From positions 2,628-66,627 of the IMG/VR virus record IMGVR_UViG_3300032272_000011: DNA of 64,000 bases; one strand, written 5' to 3'. Each line of letters begins with the position of its first letter. The stretch's first letter is position 1. Under the pieces are notes generated by a model, which saw nothing but the letters and a program-made list of their open reading frames with translations, made no database searches and had not been told where the DNA came from. The stretch comes from a virus. Lineage: Duplodnaviria; Caudoviricetes. Shown piece after piece: positions 54,308 to 64,000 of this stretch. Position numbers and translations under genes: made by a program.

Positions 54308-55867
54308 ATGGCACGCACGCTGACCAATAACTTCTCGCTGGCCTACGCCATCGAGTCCACCGTGGCGGTCCTGCCGGGGTCGCCGGAGTGGCGGCTCCTC
54401 GAGCCGAACACGATCAACGCCTTTGGTGCGAACATCAGCACCGTCGCGCGAACGCCGATCTCGAAGAACCGGCAGCGGTCCAAGGGCACCATCACGGACC
54501 TGGACGCGGCGGTGGAGTTCGAATCGGACCTCACCATGAACGCGGCCCTGGACTTCCTGGAGGGGTTCGCCTTCTCGACCGCCGTGAACGACGACACCTC
54601 CTTCGAGGGTGCCGCTGCGGTGGCCACCACCGACGACTACACCGTGCCGGCGTTGGTGGCTGCGAACGCTGCCAAGATCCAGTTCACCTCCGCGAACATC
54701 ACCAGCCTGCTGTACGCGCGCGGTTACACCAACGCGGCGAACAACGGGCTGAAGACCGTCCTCGTTCAGCCGGTCGCCACGGACACCACTCTCCAGGTGG
54801 CCGAGACCCTGGTGACTGAAACCGCTCCCACCAACGCGATCGTCGAGGTTTGCGGCGTGCGTGTGCTCGCGACGAGTGACCTCACCATCACGCGGGTGAC
54901 CGGCCCCCCGGACACGGCCACGATCGTGTCCGCTGCCTCGGTGGACTGGACTACCCTGGGCCTCACGGTCGGGCAGTTCGTCCATGTCGGCGGCACCGCT
55001 GCCGTCAACCAGCCGGACGACTTGGTCGGCTACGGTCGGATCATCACGATCACTGCGACCACGCTCACGCTTGACAAGCTCAACGGAACGATCGAGACGG
55101 GCTCCTCCCCGGAGAACCCCGCCAAGGTCATCGACATCCTCTTCGGCCGGTTCATCCGAAACGAGACCGTGGATGCGACGGGCTTCTTGGAGCGCACCTT
55201 CCAGTTCGAAGGTACGTACCCTAACCTCTTCGAGACCACGCCCGCGACCCCGGTCGCGGAGCCGGACGGTCACGAGTACACGCTGGGTGCTCACTGCAAC
55301 CAGCTCAGCTTCAACCTGCCCCTCACCGACAAGGCCACTCTTTCCTACGGGTTCGTTGGCACCGATGCCGAAGCGCCCGTGGACGGTGGCTCCAGGAAGA
55401 CCAACGCGGACACCCCGATCGAACCGCTGCAGGTCGAGGCGATCAACACCACCAGCGACATCGCTCGACTCCGCGTCACGGAAGCGGACGAGACCGGGCT
55501 GACCACCGACTTCAAGTCGATGACGATCACGCTCAACAACAACGTGTCCCCGGAGAAGGTGCTCGGCACCCTCGGCGCCGCGTTCGTGAACACGGGTACC
55601 TTCGAGGTGTCCATGGAAACTCAGGTGCTGTTCAGCTCCGCCGAGGTGATCGCGGCCATCCGCGCCAACACCACGGTGACGATGGACTTCCTCCTGGCCA
55701 ACAACGACGGGGGGATCTACGTGGATATCCCGTCGATGACGATTGGTGGCGGCAACCGGGAGTTCCCGGTCAATGAAACCATCCTTGCGTCGCTCACCGG
55801 TGAGGCGTTCGCCGACCCGACGTTCAACACGTCGCTCGGGCTCAGCCTCTTCCCCATCACTCCCTGA
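54308..55867 (+). CDS. Major tail tube protein
   Basis: 519 aa; RTPISKNRQRSKG; position before chaperone and TMP. Confidence 0.8.
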   Translation: MARTLTNNFSLAYAIESTVAVLPGSPEWRLLEPNTINAFGANISTVARTPISKNRQRSKGTITDLDAAVEFESDLTMNAALDFLEGFAFSTAVNDDTSFEGAAAVATTDDYTVPALVAANAAKIQFTSANITSLLYARGYTNAANNGLKTVLVQPVATDTTLQVAETLVTETAPTNAIVEVCGVRVLATSDLTITRVTGPPDTATIVSAASVDWTTLGLTVGQFVHVGGTAAVNQPDDLVGYGRIITITATTLTLDKLNGTIETGSSPENPAKVIDILFGRFIRNETVDATGFLERTFQFEGTYPNLFETTPATPVAEPDGHEYTLGAHCNQLSFNLPLTDKATLSYGFVGTDAEAPVDGGSRKTNADTPIEPLQVEAINTTSDIARLRVTEADETGLTTDFKSMTITLNNNVSPEKVLGTLGAAFVNTGTFEVSMETQVLFSSAEVIAAIRANTTVTMDFLLANNDGGIYVDIPSMTIGGGNREFPVNETILASLTGEAFADPTFNTSLGLSLFPITP

Positions 55868-55881
55868 ACGGAGAACCGCAG

Positions 55882-56325
55882 ATGACTGACTTTTCTCACC
55901 TCCGCCTGTACGACGTGGCGTCCGATGACACGGCGGAGTTGGAGCTGTGCCAGCTCGAAGGCAGTCCCGTGTTGGTGGTCGCCCCAGCGACCGACACCAA
56001 CCGGGGCTACTTCAACGCGCTCCTCAAGCGCAACAAGACCTACGCTCGACGACTGAAGGCCGGGGGCGTCACCCCCGAACTGCTCTCCAAGAACCGCAAC
56101 GAGGACCGCGTGCTCTACGCACGCTTCGTCCTCAAGGGGTGGAAGGGTGTCGTCGACTCAGCCGGAGCGTCGGTCGACTTCAACGTGGAGAACGCGACTG
56201 CCTTCTTGAAGGCGCTCCCGGACTGGATCTTCGACGACGTGCGCAGCTTCGCAGCTGAGCCCTCCAGTTTCGTGGCGGATGGTGACCCGACGCCGGACGA
56301 CATCGAGGAGGCGGCGGGAAACTGA
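55882..56325 (+). CDS. Tail assembly chaperone (G-like)
   Basis: Between tube and TMP; ends at slippery site. Confidence 0.8.
   Translation: MTDFSHLRLYDVASDDTAELELCQLEGSPVLVVAPATDTNRGYFNALLKRNKTYARRLKAGGVTPELLSKNRNEDRVLYARFVLKGWKGVVDSAGASVDFNVENATAFLKALPDWIFDDVRSFAAEPSSFVADGDPTPDDIEEAAGN
56316..56322 (+). promoter_or_regulatory. -1 programmed ribosomal frameshift site
   Basis: G GGA AAC directly before TGA; -1 frame open into 56385-56639. Confidence 0.8.
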
Positions 56326-56639
56326 AGGCGCGGCTACTCTGGGAGCTGAGGTTCAGCAGGGATGGTTGGTCCATAGAGACTGCCATGGCCAAGAACCGAG
56401 CGCTCCCAGAGTGGTACCTCGAGGAGCCTGAGCTCTTGCCGGGAGACGAGTTCTACCTGCGAGAGTTCCGGGTCCTGGGTACCGAGAGGGTCATGGGGGG
56501 CCCGATCCCGCATAGCAAGATCATATCGCGTGCCTTTCAGCTTGGGCTCGATACCTGTATGATCAACGCCATGGCCGAAATCATCATGGCCATGGACGAT
56601 GCATCGCGGGAGTGGTCGTCGCAGCAGAAAACCTCGTAG
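56316..56639 (+). CDS. Frameshift extension of tail chaperone (GT-like)
   Basis: KLKARLLWELRF...PEWYLEEPEL...LGTER..GGPIP. Confidence 0.7.
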   Translation, partial: GKLKARLLWELRFSRDGWSIETAMAKNRALPEWYLEEPELLPGDEFYLREFRVLGTERVMGGPIPHSKIISRAFQLGLDTCMINAMAEIIMAMDDASREWSSQQKTS

Positions 56640-56650
56640 AGGAGTGAGCG

Positions 56651-59600
56651 GTGGCTGACTTCCGGATCAACGTTGTAGTCGACCCTTCGCAGGCCGTGCG
56701 CGGCACGCGGAGAGTTGGTGCCGAGTTGAACCGCGTCGCCAGGACCGCCGACCGGCTCCGCAACCTCCTCAGCCGCACCTTCGCGGTCGTCGGCCTCACC
56801 GCCGGCATCGGCGCCGGCATCTCCCTCCTGGCCAACTTCAGCCAGGAGATGAGCACGGTCGCGGCGGTCACCCAGGCCACCGCGACTGAGTTCGCCGCCC
56901 TCTCGGAAGAGGCGACGAAGCTCGGAGTGAACACCCGGTTCACAGCGACCCAGGCAGCCGAGGGTATGTCCTTCCTCGCGCGCGCCGGGTTCGAGGCGGA
57001 CGAGGTGCTGGCCAGCATCGGAGACACGCTCCTCCTCGCGCAGGCGGGTTCCCTGGGCCTGGGCCGTGCGGCTGACATCGCCTCCAACGTCCTCAAAGCG
57101 TTCCGGCTGGAAGTCGAGGAATCGGCCCGGGTCGTGGACGTGCTTGCGCTCGCCGCCAACTCCTCCAACACCACGGTGGAGCAGCTTGGACAGGCCATGA
57201 AGTTCGTGGCCCCGGTCGCGGCCGGCGTGAGCGTTGAGCTGGAAGAAACCGCCGCAGCTATCGGCGCGCTGTCCAACGCTGGCCTCCAGGCCACCCTGGC
57301 TGGCACTGGCCTGCGCCGTGTCATCAGCGAGCTGGAAAGCCCCACGGAGAAGACCAAGAAGCTCCTCTTCGACATGGGCCTCAGCGCCGACAGCGTCAAG
57401 ATCTCCTCGGTGGGGCTCACCACCGCGCTGACCCGACTGAGGGACAGCGGCATTGACACGAGCCTTGCCCTTGAGCTGTTCGGCGACCGGGGTGGTCCCG
57501 CGTTCGAGGTGCTCAGCAACAGCATCCCCGACATCATCAAGATGACGGAAGCCTTTGAAGGGGCTGACGGAACCGCAAAGCGTATCGCCGCGACGATGGA
57601 CAGAAACTTGAACGGTGCCCTGCTTCGTCTGAGGAGTGCCTTCGAGGGTTTGGTGCTCGCGACGGGGGAGCAGGGCGCCACTTCTGCCTTGACGGGGTTC
57701 GTCGAATCTCTCACCAAGGGCCTGCGCGCCTTGGCGGCCAACGGCGACACCGTCGTGTCCACCTTCCAAACGCTGAGCATCGTCTTGGGTGTGCGCTTCG
57801 CCCAGAAGGCGTTGCCCGCAGCGATTGCTGGAGTGAAGAGGCTGACGATCGCCATGCTGGCCAACCCGGCCACGGCCATGGCCGCAGCGTTCACCGTCTT
57901 GATCGCGGTGATGGTTGGGTTCCGTCACGAGATTCAACTCAGCGGTGATTCGGTAGCCACCCTCGGTGACTTCTTCAGCGTGGCCGTTGACCGCATCAGT
58001 GACGCACTCGACATCCTCTTGAAGAACGTCGGGGTGGTCTTCGAAGCCATCGCGCAAACCTTCGGAGGCACGTTCGACGGATTCGAACTGTCCTTCCAGA
58101 ACGCCTTCCTCGCCGTTGCTGCCGTGCTGGATACGTCCCAAGGGATCTTCGTCGGCTTCGTCCGCTCGATTCAGGCCTCGTTCAGCGCTCTGCCCGCTGC
58201 CATCGGCGAGGCAACCATCGCCTCCATCAACGCCCTGATCACCCAGGTGGAGACCGGCTTCGACGGCGTCTTCGCCCTGGGCGCTACGGTCGGAACGTTC
58301 TTCACCACGATTGCCTTCGCGGTGAGCACTTCGATCAACACCTTGGCCCAGGCCAGCACGCAGCTCCTCGCAGGGAACCTGTCCGAAGCGGGCAAGCTGA
58401 CCCAGGAAGCGGGCAAGCTCCTGGCGGAGAACCTCGGAGGAGCGTTCAGCAACTCCGGCACCGTGCTGGTGGCCAACCTGAAGAAGTTCCAGGAGCAAGA
58501 GCTGCTCCCCCGACTCAACAACAGCTTCGCGGGTGCGGGCGAGAAGCTCGGTGAGTCCGTCAGCGACGGGTTCCTCGAAGGGTTCCAGGCCAGCACCGGA
58601 GCGACCGACCTCGTCCTGGGAGTGATCGCCGATGCAGAAGAGAAGGCCCAACGACGGCAGATTGATCGGTCCAAGGTCGCTGAGGCCGACGCGATCGAAC
58701 GCGCGAAGAAAACGGCGCGGACGACGGCTCAGGCGGTCCAGGACGAGCTGGCTCGAATCCAGCCCCCAGAGATCGCTACCTTCGGGGTGGAAGACGTTCT
58801 ACGGGGCCTTGCTGAGGAAGCCGCCCTGCTGAAGTTCGTGGGCCGGGAGCGAGAGGTTCAGAGCGAGCTGCTCCAGATCGAGAACGACCTCCGCAAGGAA
58901 GGCATTGAACTAAGCGCGGCCGAGCGAGGCAACCTCCAGGAGCGCATCGAGAGCCTACAAGCACTCAACGAGCAGGGCCGCATCCTCGAGGAGCTGCGCG
59001 GCCCACAAGAAGACCTGCTTGCCCGGCAGGCCGCAGCCAACGCGCTGTTCAACCAGGGCAAGATCTCGCTCCAAGAGTTCAACCAAGTCATGCGGGATGC
59101 TGCCCTCGCGGCAGCGGAAGCGGGAACAAGTATCGGTGACGGCCTCACTGTCGGCCTCATCCGGATCCAGGACCAGATCAACGACCTCTCCGGCCTGGCA
59201 GAGAGCACGCTGACCAATGCGTTCAGCGGAGCAGAAGACGCGCTGACCTCGTTCATCACGACGGGCAAGGCCAACTTCAGTGGTCTGGTGGACAGCATAA
59301 TCGCCGACGTCGGGCGGCTGCTCGCACGTCAAGCCATCGGTGGACTGTTGGGGCTCATCGGTGGTGGGGGCGGTGGCGGAGGAGGCGGGTTGACCAGCCT
59401 GATAGGAGGACTCTTCGGTCGTGCCGAAGGTGGGCCGGTCAACCCGTCTCAACCGTTTATCGTGGGCGAGCGAGGCCCCGAGATCTTTCAGCCGAGCATC
59501 GGGGGCAACATCATCCCGGCGCAGGAGACGGCATCCATCCGCAGCGGCGGTGCCTCCCCTGGGCCAGTGAACGTGAACCCGCAGTTCGATGTCACCGTGA

Positions 59601-59731
59601 ACGTGGACAAGGATGGCAACGCGGATGTGCAGATAACTGAGAAGACGTTCGAGACGCGCGCCGCAGAACAGGGCGTCTTGGGCATCCTCCAGCGCAACCC
59701 GCGACAACTGAGAAACATTACTGGATCATGA
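56651..59731 (+). CDS. Tape measure protein (TP901-like core)
   Basis: 1026 aa; TRFTATQAAEGMSFLARAG, NTTVEQLGQAMKFVAPVA, RAEGGPV. Confidence 0.9.
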   Translation: MADFRINVVVDPSQAVRGTRRVGAELNRVARTADRLRNLLSRTFAVVGLTAGIGAGISLLANFSQEMSTVAAVTQATATEFAALSEEATKLGVNTRFTATQAAEGMSFLARAGFEADEVLASIGDTLLLAQAGSLGLGRAADIASNVLKAFRLEVEESARVVDVLALAANSSNTTVEQLGQAMKFVAPVAAGVSVELEETAAAIGALSNAGLQATLAGTGLRRVISELESPTEKTKKLLFDMGLSADSVKISSVGLTTALTRLRDSGIDTSLALELFGDRGGPAFEVLSNSIPDIIKMTEAFEGADGTAKRIAATMDRNLNGALLRLRSAFEGLVLATGEQGATSALTGFVESLTKGLRALAANGDTVVSTFQTLSIVLGVRFAQKALPAAIAGVKRLTIAMLANPATAMAAAFTVLIAVMVGFRHEIQLSGDSVATLGDFFSVAVDRISDALDILLKNVGVVFEAIAQTFGGTFDGFELSFQNAFLAVAAVLDTSQGIFVGFVRSIQASFSALPAAIGEATIASINALITQVETGFDGVFALGATVGTFFTTIAFAVSTSINTLAQASTQLLAGNLSEAGKLTQEAGKLLAENLGGAFSNSGTVLVANLKKFQEQELLPRLNNSFAGAGEKLGESVSDGFLEGFQASTGATDLVLGVIADAEEKAQRRQIDRSKVAEADAIERAKKTARTTAQAVQDELARIQPPEIATFGVEDVLRGLAEEAALLKFVGREREVQSELLQIENDLRKEGIELSAAERGNLQERIESLQALNEQGRILEELRGPQEDLLARQAAANALFNQGKISLQEFNQVMRDAALAAAEAGTSIGDGLTVGLIRIQDQINDLSGLAESTLTNAFSGAEDALTSFITTGKANFSGLVDSIIADVGRLLARQAIGGLLGLIGGGGGGGGGGLTSLIGGLFGRAEGGPVNPSQPFIVGERGPEIFQPSIGGNIIPAQETASIRSGGASPGPVNVNPQFDVTVNVDKDGNADVQITEKTFETRAAEQGVLGILQRNPRQLRNITGS

Positions 59732-61347
59732 CCTGGCAAACTGGAACCTCAACTGACCACATTGACCTGCTGAACCAACTCCGCGAGATCGCGACGTCAG
59801 ACCACGTGTCGGCTGTGGTGGTGAACGCGGGGGGCACCGGCTACGTGGTTGGCGACATCCTCACCGTGGCTGGAGGTACCAGCACGCACACGGCCACCAT
59901 CGAGGTACTCACTGTGAGTACCGGTGCGGTGGCCACCGTCCGCATCAAGACGGGGGGCGCCTACACGGCGGACCCGACCTTGACCGCGAACGCCGTGACC
60001 GGCGGCACGGGCTCGAGCTGCACGCTGGACCTGACCATGACGGCCACCGGATGGACCGTGGTGCGCGAGAGCGAGGAAGTCACGGCCGCAGCCATCAACT
60101 CGGGTGGCACCGGCTATACGGTGAACGACGTGCTCACGGTTGTGGGTGGGCTCGGAGATGGCGTCACAGACGCTGTGGTCGCAGCCACCATCACTGTGGA
60201 CACGGTCAGCTCTGGAGTCATCACTGCGGTGACGGTCACGACCGGCGGTCACTACGAGGAACCGATCTCGCCGACCACAGCGGTGACGGTTACGGGGGGC
60301 ACCGGAACGGGGGCCACGTTCGACCTCACCTTTGCTGTGCTTACCGACGCCGAGAAGATCCTCGTGATGGAGGGCACCGCTGGTGGTGCCGGTGACGACG
60401 TCACCGTGGCCATCAAGACGTTCAACACGGCGTCCGGGTTCAACACCGCCTACAACTGGATGCTGTTGGGCCTTCAGGACTTCAGCGCCGCCCTCACGTT
60501 ACAGGACCAGAGCAACGTTAGCCCAGGGTTAGCGACTTCCGGCAGTGGGCCCGTTGTGGTTACGGAGGACACTACGCAGGGAGCCTACGTTCCGCTGAAG
60601 GACGATGACGGATTCCCGATGGACTTCTGGTTCAGCATCACGGACCGCCGCATCGTTGGCGTGGTGAAACTCGAGACAGCGATCATCACCCACTACGCTT
60701 CGTTCTACCTTGGGTTCCTGAACCAGTTCGGAACCGCAGCCGAGCGTCCATACCCAATCTATGTGTCCGGTTGCCAGAGCCGGTACAACGCCTTCTTTGC
60801 AGACGCGGCTCCCAAGCTGATGAGCGGCATCACTGAGCTGTACGGAGGATCTTCGGAGGACGGGCCGGGCTGGTACCGCCGACACTCCAGCTCTGCCTGG
60901 GTCGAGGTGAGGAACGGTGGCCACACTGAAAGCTCGGGCACCCGTGCCATCTCTACTGGAGACGGCCATCTCTACCCGACAGGGAAACCAGATGTGCAGC
61001 CCACTGGCGCGGACAGAATCGTAGCCGATAACGCTGATTTCGACTGGCAGGAGATGATCCAGATGGGCTCCGCAGTGTCGCCCGTCCTCGAGCTGCGGGA
61101 AACACCTGGATCTCCGGATGACGTTCGACCTCTAATACCCTGCGCAGTTCTCTACACAGACGGCACGGCACCAGGAGACTTCGAGATTCAGGGAGAGCTG
61201 GACAACGTTTTCTGGACCAGCATCGCTGGTGGTTCGCCATCCGTGGGGTCGGAAGACAGCTTCGCCTTCGATGGCGACGTCTACAGCATCTTCCAGAATG
61301 GCAACCGCGCCAACGTCTACAGCTTCATGGTCATCAAGGAGGACTGA
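59728..61347 (+). CDS. Distal tail structural protein with internal duplication
   Basis: MTWQTGTSTDH start; two GGTGY-containing ~75-aa repeats. Confidence 0.65.
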   Translation: MTWQTGTSTDHIDLLNQLREIATSDHVSAVVVNAGGTGYVVGDILTVAGGTSTHTATIEVLTVSTGAVATVRIKTGGAYTADPTLTANAVTGGTGSSCTLDLTMTATGWTVVRESEEVTAAAINSGGTGYTVNDVLTVVGGLGDGVTDAVVAATITVDTVSSGVITAVTVTTGGHYEEPISPTTAVTVTGGTGTGATFDLTFAVLTDAEKILVMEGTAGGAGDDVTVAIKTFNTASGFNTAYNWMLLGLQDFSAALTLQDQSNVSPGLATSGSGPVVVTEDTTQGAYVPLKDDDGFPMDFWFSITDRRIVGVVKLETAIITHYASFYLGFLNQFGTAAERPYPIYVSGCQSRYNAFFADAAPKLMSGITELYGGSSEDGPGWYRRHSSSAWVEVRNGGHTESSGTRAISTGDGHLYPTGKPDVQPTGADRIVADNADFDWQEMIQMGSAVSPVLELRETPGSPDDVRPLIPCAVLYTDGTAPGDFEIQGELDNVFWTSIAGGSPSVGSEDSFAFDGDVYSIFQNGNRANVYSFMVIKED

Positions 61348-61350
61348 CCG

Positions 61351-62358
61351 ATGGCCAACTCAACTGGCACCGCAACCGACATTGACGACCTCTTCGACCA
61401 GCTCATCACGTTCGCCACCGCGAACGGGTGGACCGAGGAAGAGCCCACTTCTACCAACAGCAGTCCAGCGCTGAGCCGTGGGGACTGCTTCGTTCAGTGG
61501 CGCTACGGCGGCACCTCTCCCCCGACCAACCGCACCGTGAGCATGACGCAGGCGTTGGCGTACATCAACTCCAGCACCGACCCCGGCAACCATACTGATG
61601 ACAGCGGCAACGGAGAAGAGACCACGACTCCCACTGACGCCGTCTTGAAAGCTGAACGCTGCATCTCCGACTTTGGTGATGGTCCGTTCAGCTACTGGTT
61701 CTTCGAAGACGACGCGGACCAGCCCTACATCCACGTGGTGGTGGAGGTGCGCACCGAAGAGTACCGACACTTCGGATTCGGAACCATCAGCAAGTTTGGT
61801 TCCTGGACCGGAGGCGAGTACGCATACGGTCATTATCAGGCGGCGGGCGGCACCAACGGTGCAACACTCGCCAGCGCGACCGTGTTGTTGGACGGCCTGT
61901 ACGAGGATGCAACCGTCAGCACGGCCAAACGTGCGGCCACTATTCATATCGAGGGAATGCCGAATCAGGCCGCTGCTGGGAAGTGGGGACAGGTCGCTGG
62001 GGGCAACTCTGCAAGACCAGACGATCGTGCGGGCGAAGACAAGATTAGAATCCAGGGAGGCTTCCGCTCCGGTCCCGTGGCCAACAGCTGGGGAAACTTC
62101 TCCGGCGCAGCCTTGGATGGTTTGGTGCCCATGTACCAGATCGCTCTCTTCTATGTCGACGAAGTGAGCGACCACGCATACTATCTTGGCAACATGATCG
62201 ACGTGCGAGGACTCAACAACCGCCACTTCACGCCGGGTGAAGAGGTGGTCATCGGTTCCGATACCTGGGTCGTCTTCCCCATGAGCATCCGCACTGCCAC
62301 CCTGACGGTTGCGCTCAGCTCCGCCTACTCTGGGATTGCGTACCGGAAGGTGACCTGA
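61351..62358 (+). CDS. Tail structural protein (YuA-like)
   Basis: YRHFGFG, GEEVVIGSDTWVVFP, SGIAYRKV. Confidence 0.7.
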   Translation: MANSTGTATDIDDLFDQLITFATANGWTEEEPTSTNSSPALSRGDCFVQWRYGGTSPPTNRTVSMTQALAYINSSTDPGNHTDDSGNGEETTTPTDAVLKAERCISDFGDGPFSYWFFEDDADQPYIHVVVEVRTEEYRHFGFGTISKFGSWTGGEYAYGHYQAAGGTNGATLASATVLLDGLYEDATVSTAKRAATIHIEGMPNQAAAGKWGQVAGGNSARPDDRAGEDKIRIQGGFRSGPVANSWGNFSGAALDGLVPMYQIALFYVDEVSDHAYYLGNMIDVRGLNNRHFTPGEEVVIGSDTWVVFPMSIRTATLTVALSSAYSGIAYRKVT

Positions 62359-64000
62359 TGACTGTCTTCGCGGGGGCTCAGGAAGTGACCGGCGACACCA
62401 TCATCGCCAAGTGGGGTAGCCGCAAGGCTATCTATGGTTCCCCATCGGTGACGGTGACGGCAGTGGTAGACGACCCGGCGCCACTCGAGGTGCCGATGAT
62501 CGGCGGTGCCGTGGTGGACTCCAACCCTGGCTCGCTTCGCACGCCGCTGAACAACGACCTTGCGGGGGCGCTCGCCGAGGAGCTGGAGGGGCCGGCAGAG
62601 GACTTCTTCGAGCGCATGCACGTGGTGCCCCGAAGCTACCTCCTGGGCAACGTGCTCTCCACCCAGACGGTATCCACCGAGGTGTTCAACGCATGGCGCC
62701 GAGCGACGCGCTCGTGGACCGCGTTCGCGAACAACGGCGGTGCTGGCATCTCCCTCCTGGGCTCACCGGGCCTGCCAGTGGACGTGGTCAACCTCGGCAG
62801 CATCACAGGGCTGAACATCGAGGTGACCACCGTTGGTCCGCCGACGGTCAACTCCACCCTGGACTTCACGTTCGATACCAGCATCGTCTCGCCGGCCATC
62901 GTCTTCGTGCGCGTCGTGCTCTTCGCCATCACTGCGCCGGAGCGACCGTTGAAGGAGCGGTTGGAGTTCCTCACCGGGATCATCGCCGGCAAGAACGGCA
63001 CCGAGCAGCGCATTCGCTACCGGAAGAACGCACGCCAGATCCTCCCCTATGAGTTCTTCATCGAGGAGGGCAACGAGCGCACCCTCGTGGACAACTTCCT
63101 GTTCGCCCAGCAGGGGCAGGCGTTCGGGGTGCCGCTGTGGCAGGAGATGACCTTCCTGACCTCGGCCGCGAGCATCGGCGAAACGGTCATCAACGTGGTG
63201 GACACGGACTACGCCGACTTCAGGGACGCAGGGTTCATCGTGATCTACACGGACGTGGACACCAACGACGTGCTGGAGATCGCGAGCCACACCGCGACCA
63301 CGATCACGGTGACGAACGCGCTCACCAACGACTATCCTCTCCGGACCAGGGTCATGCCCCTGCGCATCTGCGACTCCGAACCCGAAGCTCAGATCACCCG
63401 GTACATCCGCAACCTGAACCGCTACGGCATCACGTTCCGGACGCGCGACAACGACATCGACATCGAGGCCAGCCCGAGCTGGGTCAGCGCCTACAACTCG
63501 AAGATCTTCATCAGCGGCTACAACTGGACGCGCGGTCCGGTGGGCGAGCGGATTCAGCGCGAAGTCATGGTGCTCGACTCCAAGAGCGGGCAGGTCTTCC
63601 AAGGTCGTGTCGGCAACGCGGGCAGCCACGTCAGCCAGCTCACCTTCCTGGCCGTTGGGCGCCAACAGATCTGGGAGCTCAGGCAGCTGCTCCACGCGCT
63701 CCATGGGCGGCAGACCTCCTTCTACCTGCCCACGAACCAGGACGACTTCACGGTCGTCAACGACCCAATCAACACTGACAACCGGCTGGACGTGACCAAC
63801 GTCGGCTATACCCAGTTCGTCGACTCCGCCGCTCCCAAGGACAATATTAGGGTGACGTTCAACGACGGGAGCCCGGATATCATCACTGACGTGACCCTGG
63901 CGGTTGAGCAGTCGGCCACCGTGGAAACCCTCACCCTGGGGCACACCTGGACCTCGACGATCGCCAAGGCCACCATCGCCCGGGTCGAGATCGTGGAACT
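62358..64000 (+). CDS. Tail structural protein (3' truncated by the window)
   Basis: TGATG coupling; frame open to end; ERLEFLT, EQRIRYR, LHGRQTSFYLPT; absent from ORF track. Confidence 0.7.
   Translation, partial: MTVFAGAQEVTGDTIIAKWGSRKAIYGSPSVTVTAVVDDPAPLEVPMIGGAVVDSNPGSLRTPLNNDLAGALAEELEGPAEDFFERMHVVPRSYLLGNVLSTQTVSTEVFNAWRRATRSWTAFANNGGAGISLLGSPGLPVDVVNLGSITGLNIEVTTVGPPTVNSTLDFTFDTSIVSPAIVFVRVVLFAITAPERPLKERLEFLTGIIAGKNGTEQRIRYRKNARQILPYEFFIEEGNERTLVDNFLFAQQGQAFGVPLWQEMTFLTSAASIGETVINVVDTDYADFRDAGFIVIYTDVDTNDVLEIASHTATTITVTNALTNDYPLRTRVMPLRICDSEPEAQITRYIRNLNRYGITFRTRDNDIDIEASPSWVSAYNSKIFISGYNWTRGPVGERIQREVMVLDSKSGQVFQGRVGNAGSHVSQLTFLAVGRQQIWELRQLLHALHGRQTSFYLPTNQDDFTVVNDPINTDNRLDVTNVGYTQFVDSAAPKDNIRVTFNDGSPDIITDVTLAVEQSATVETLTLGHTWTSTIAKATIARVEIVE

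Noticed and set aside
56537-58651. Long minus-strand ORFs (also 7855-9825, 17506-19221, 50269-52146, 24324-25685)
   Set aside because: Antisense shadows of high-GC plus-strand genes; no motifs or SD.
1-64000. tRNA, rRNA, reverse transcriptase/DGR, introns or inteins
   Set aside because: No cloverleaf, RT motif, TR/VR pair or interrupted core gene was recognised by eye; tRNAscan-SE/Infernal were not run.

Overview
This window is most of a high-GC tailed-phage (siphovirus) genome whose gene content and order resemble YuA/M6/PaMx11/phiJL001-like phages (Mesyanzhinovviridae-like; inferred from recalled gene content, not from a search). Both ends cut through tail genes. Layout: end of tail module and two small membrane genes (1-1.9 kb); replication and nucleotide module with SNF2 and RecD-like helicases, class II RNR, a PaMx11-type thymidine hypermodification cluster, PolA and primase-helicase (2-22.5 kb); accessory genes including an Orn-like nuclease, an alpha/alpha-barrel enzyme, a GGDEF diguanylate cyclase, MazG-like and SLOG proteins and four tandem signal-peptide genes (22.5-36 kb); a repeat-rich segment of short genes (36-42.2 kb); packaging, head and tail genes (42.3-64 kb). 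The 36-42 kb segment stands out: 13 copies of a sigma28/FliA/WhiG-type promoter motif (TAAA-N16-GCCGATAA), 11 each heading a single small ORF and 2 pointing leftward into non-coding DNA; inverted ~43-bp elements bracketing the segment; and two genes whose sense strand essentially lacks CA, i.e. whose template lacks the TG context reported as a hypermodification target. No tRNA, rRNA, CRISPR array, integrase, sigma factor or recognisable endolysin was seen. All family calls are from motif reading by eye.
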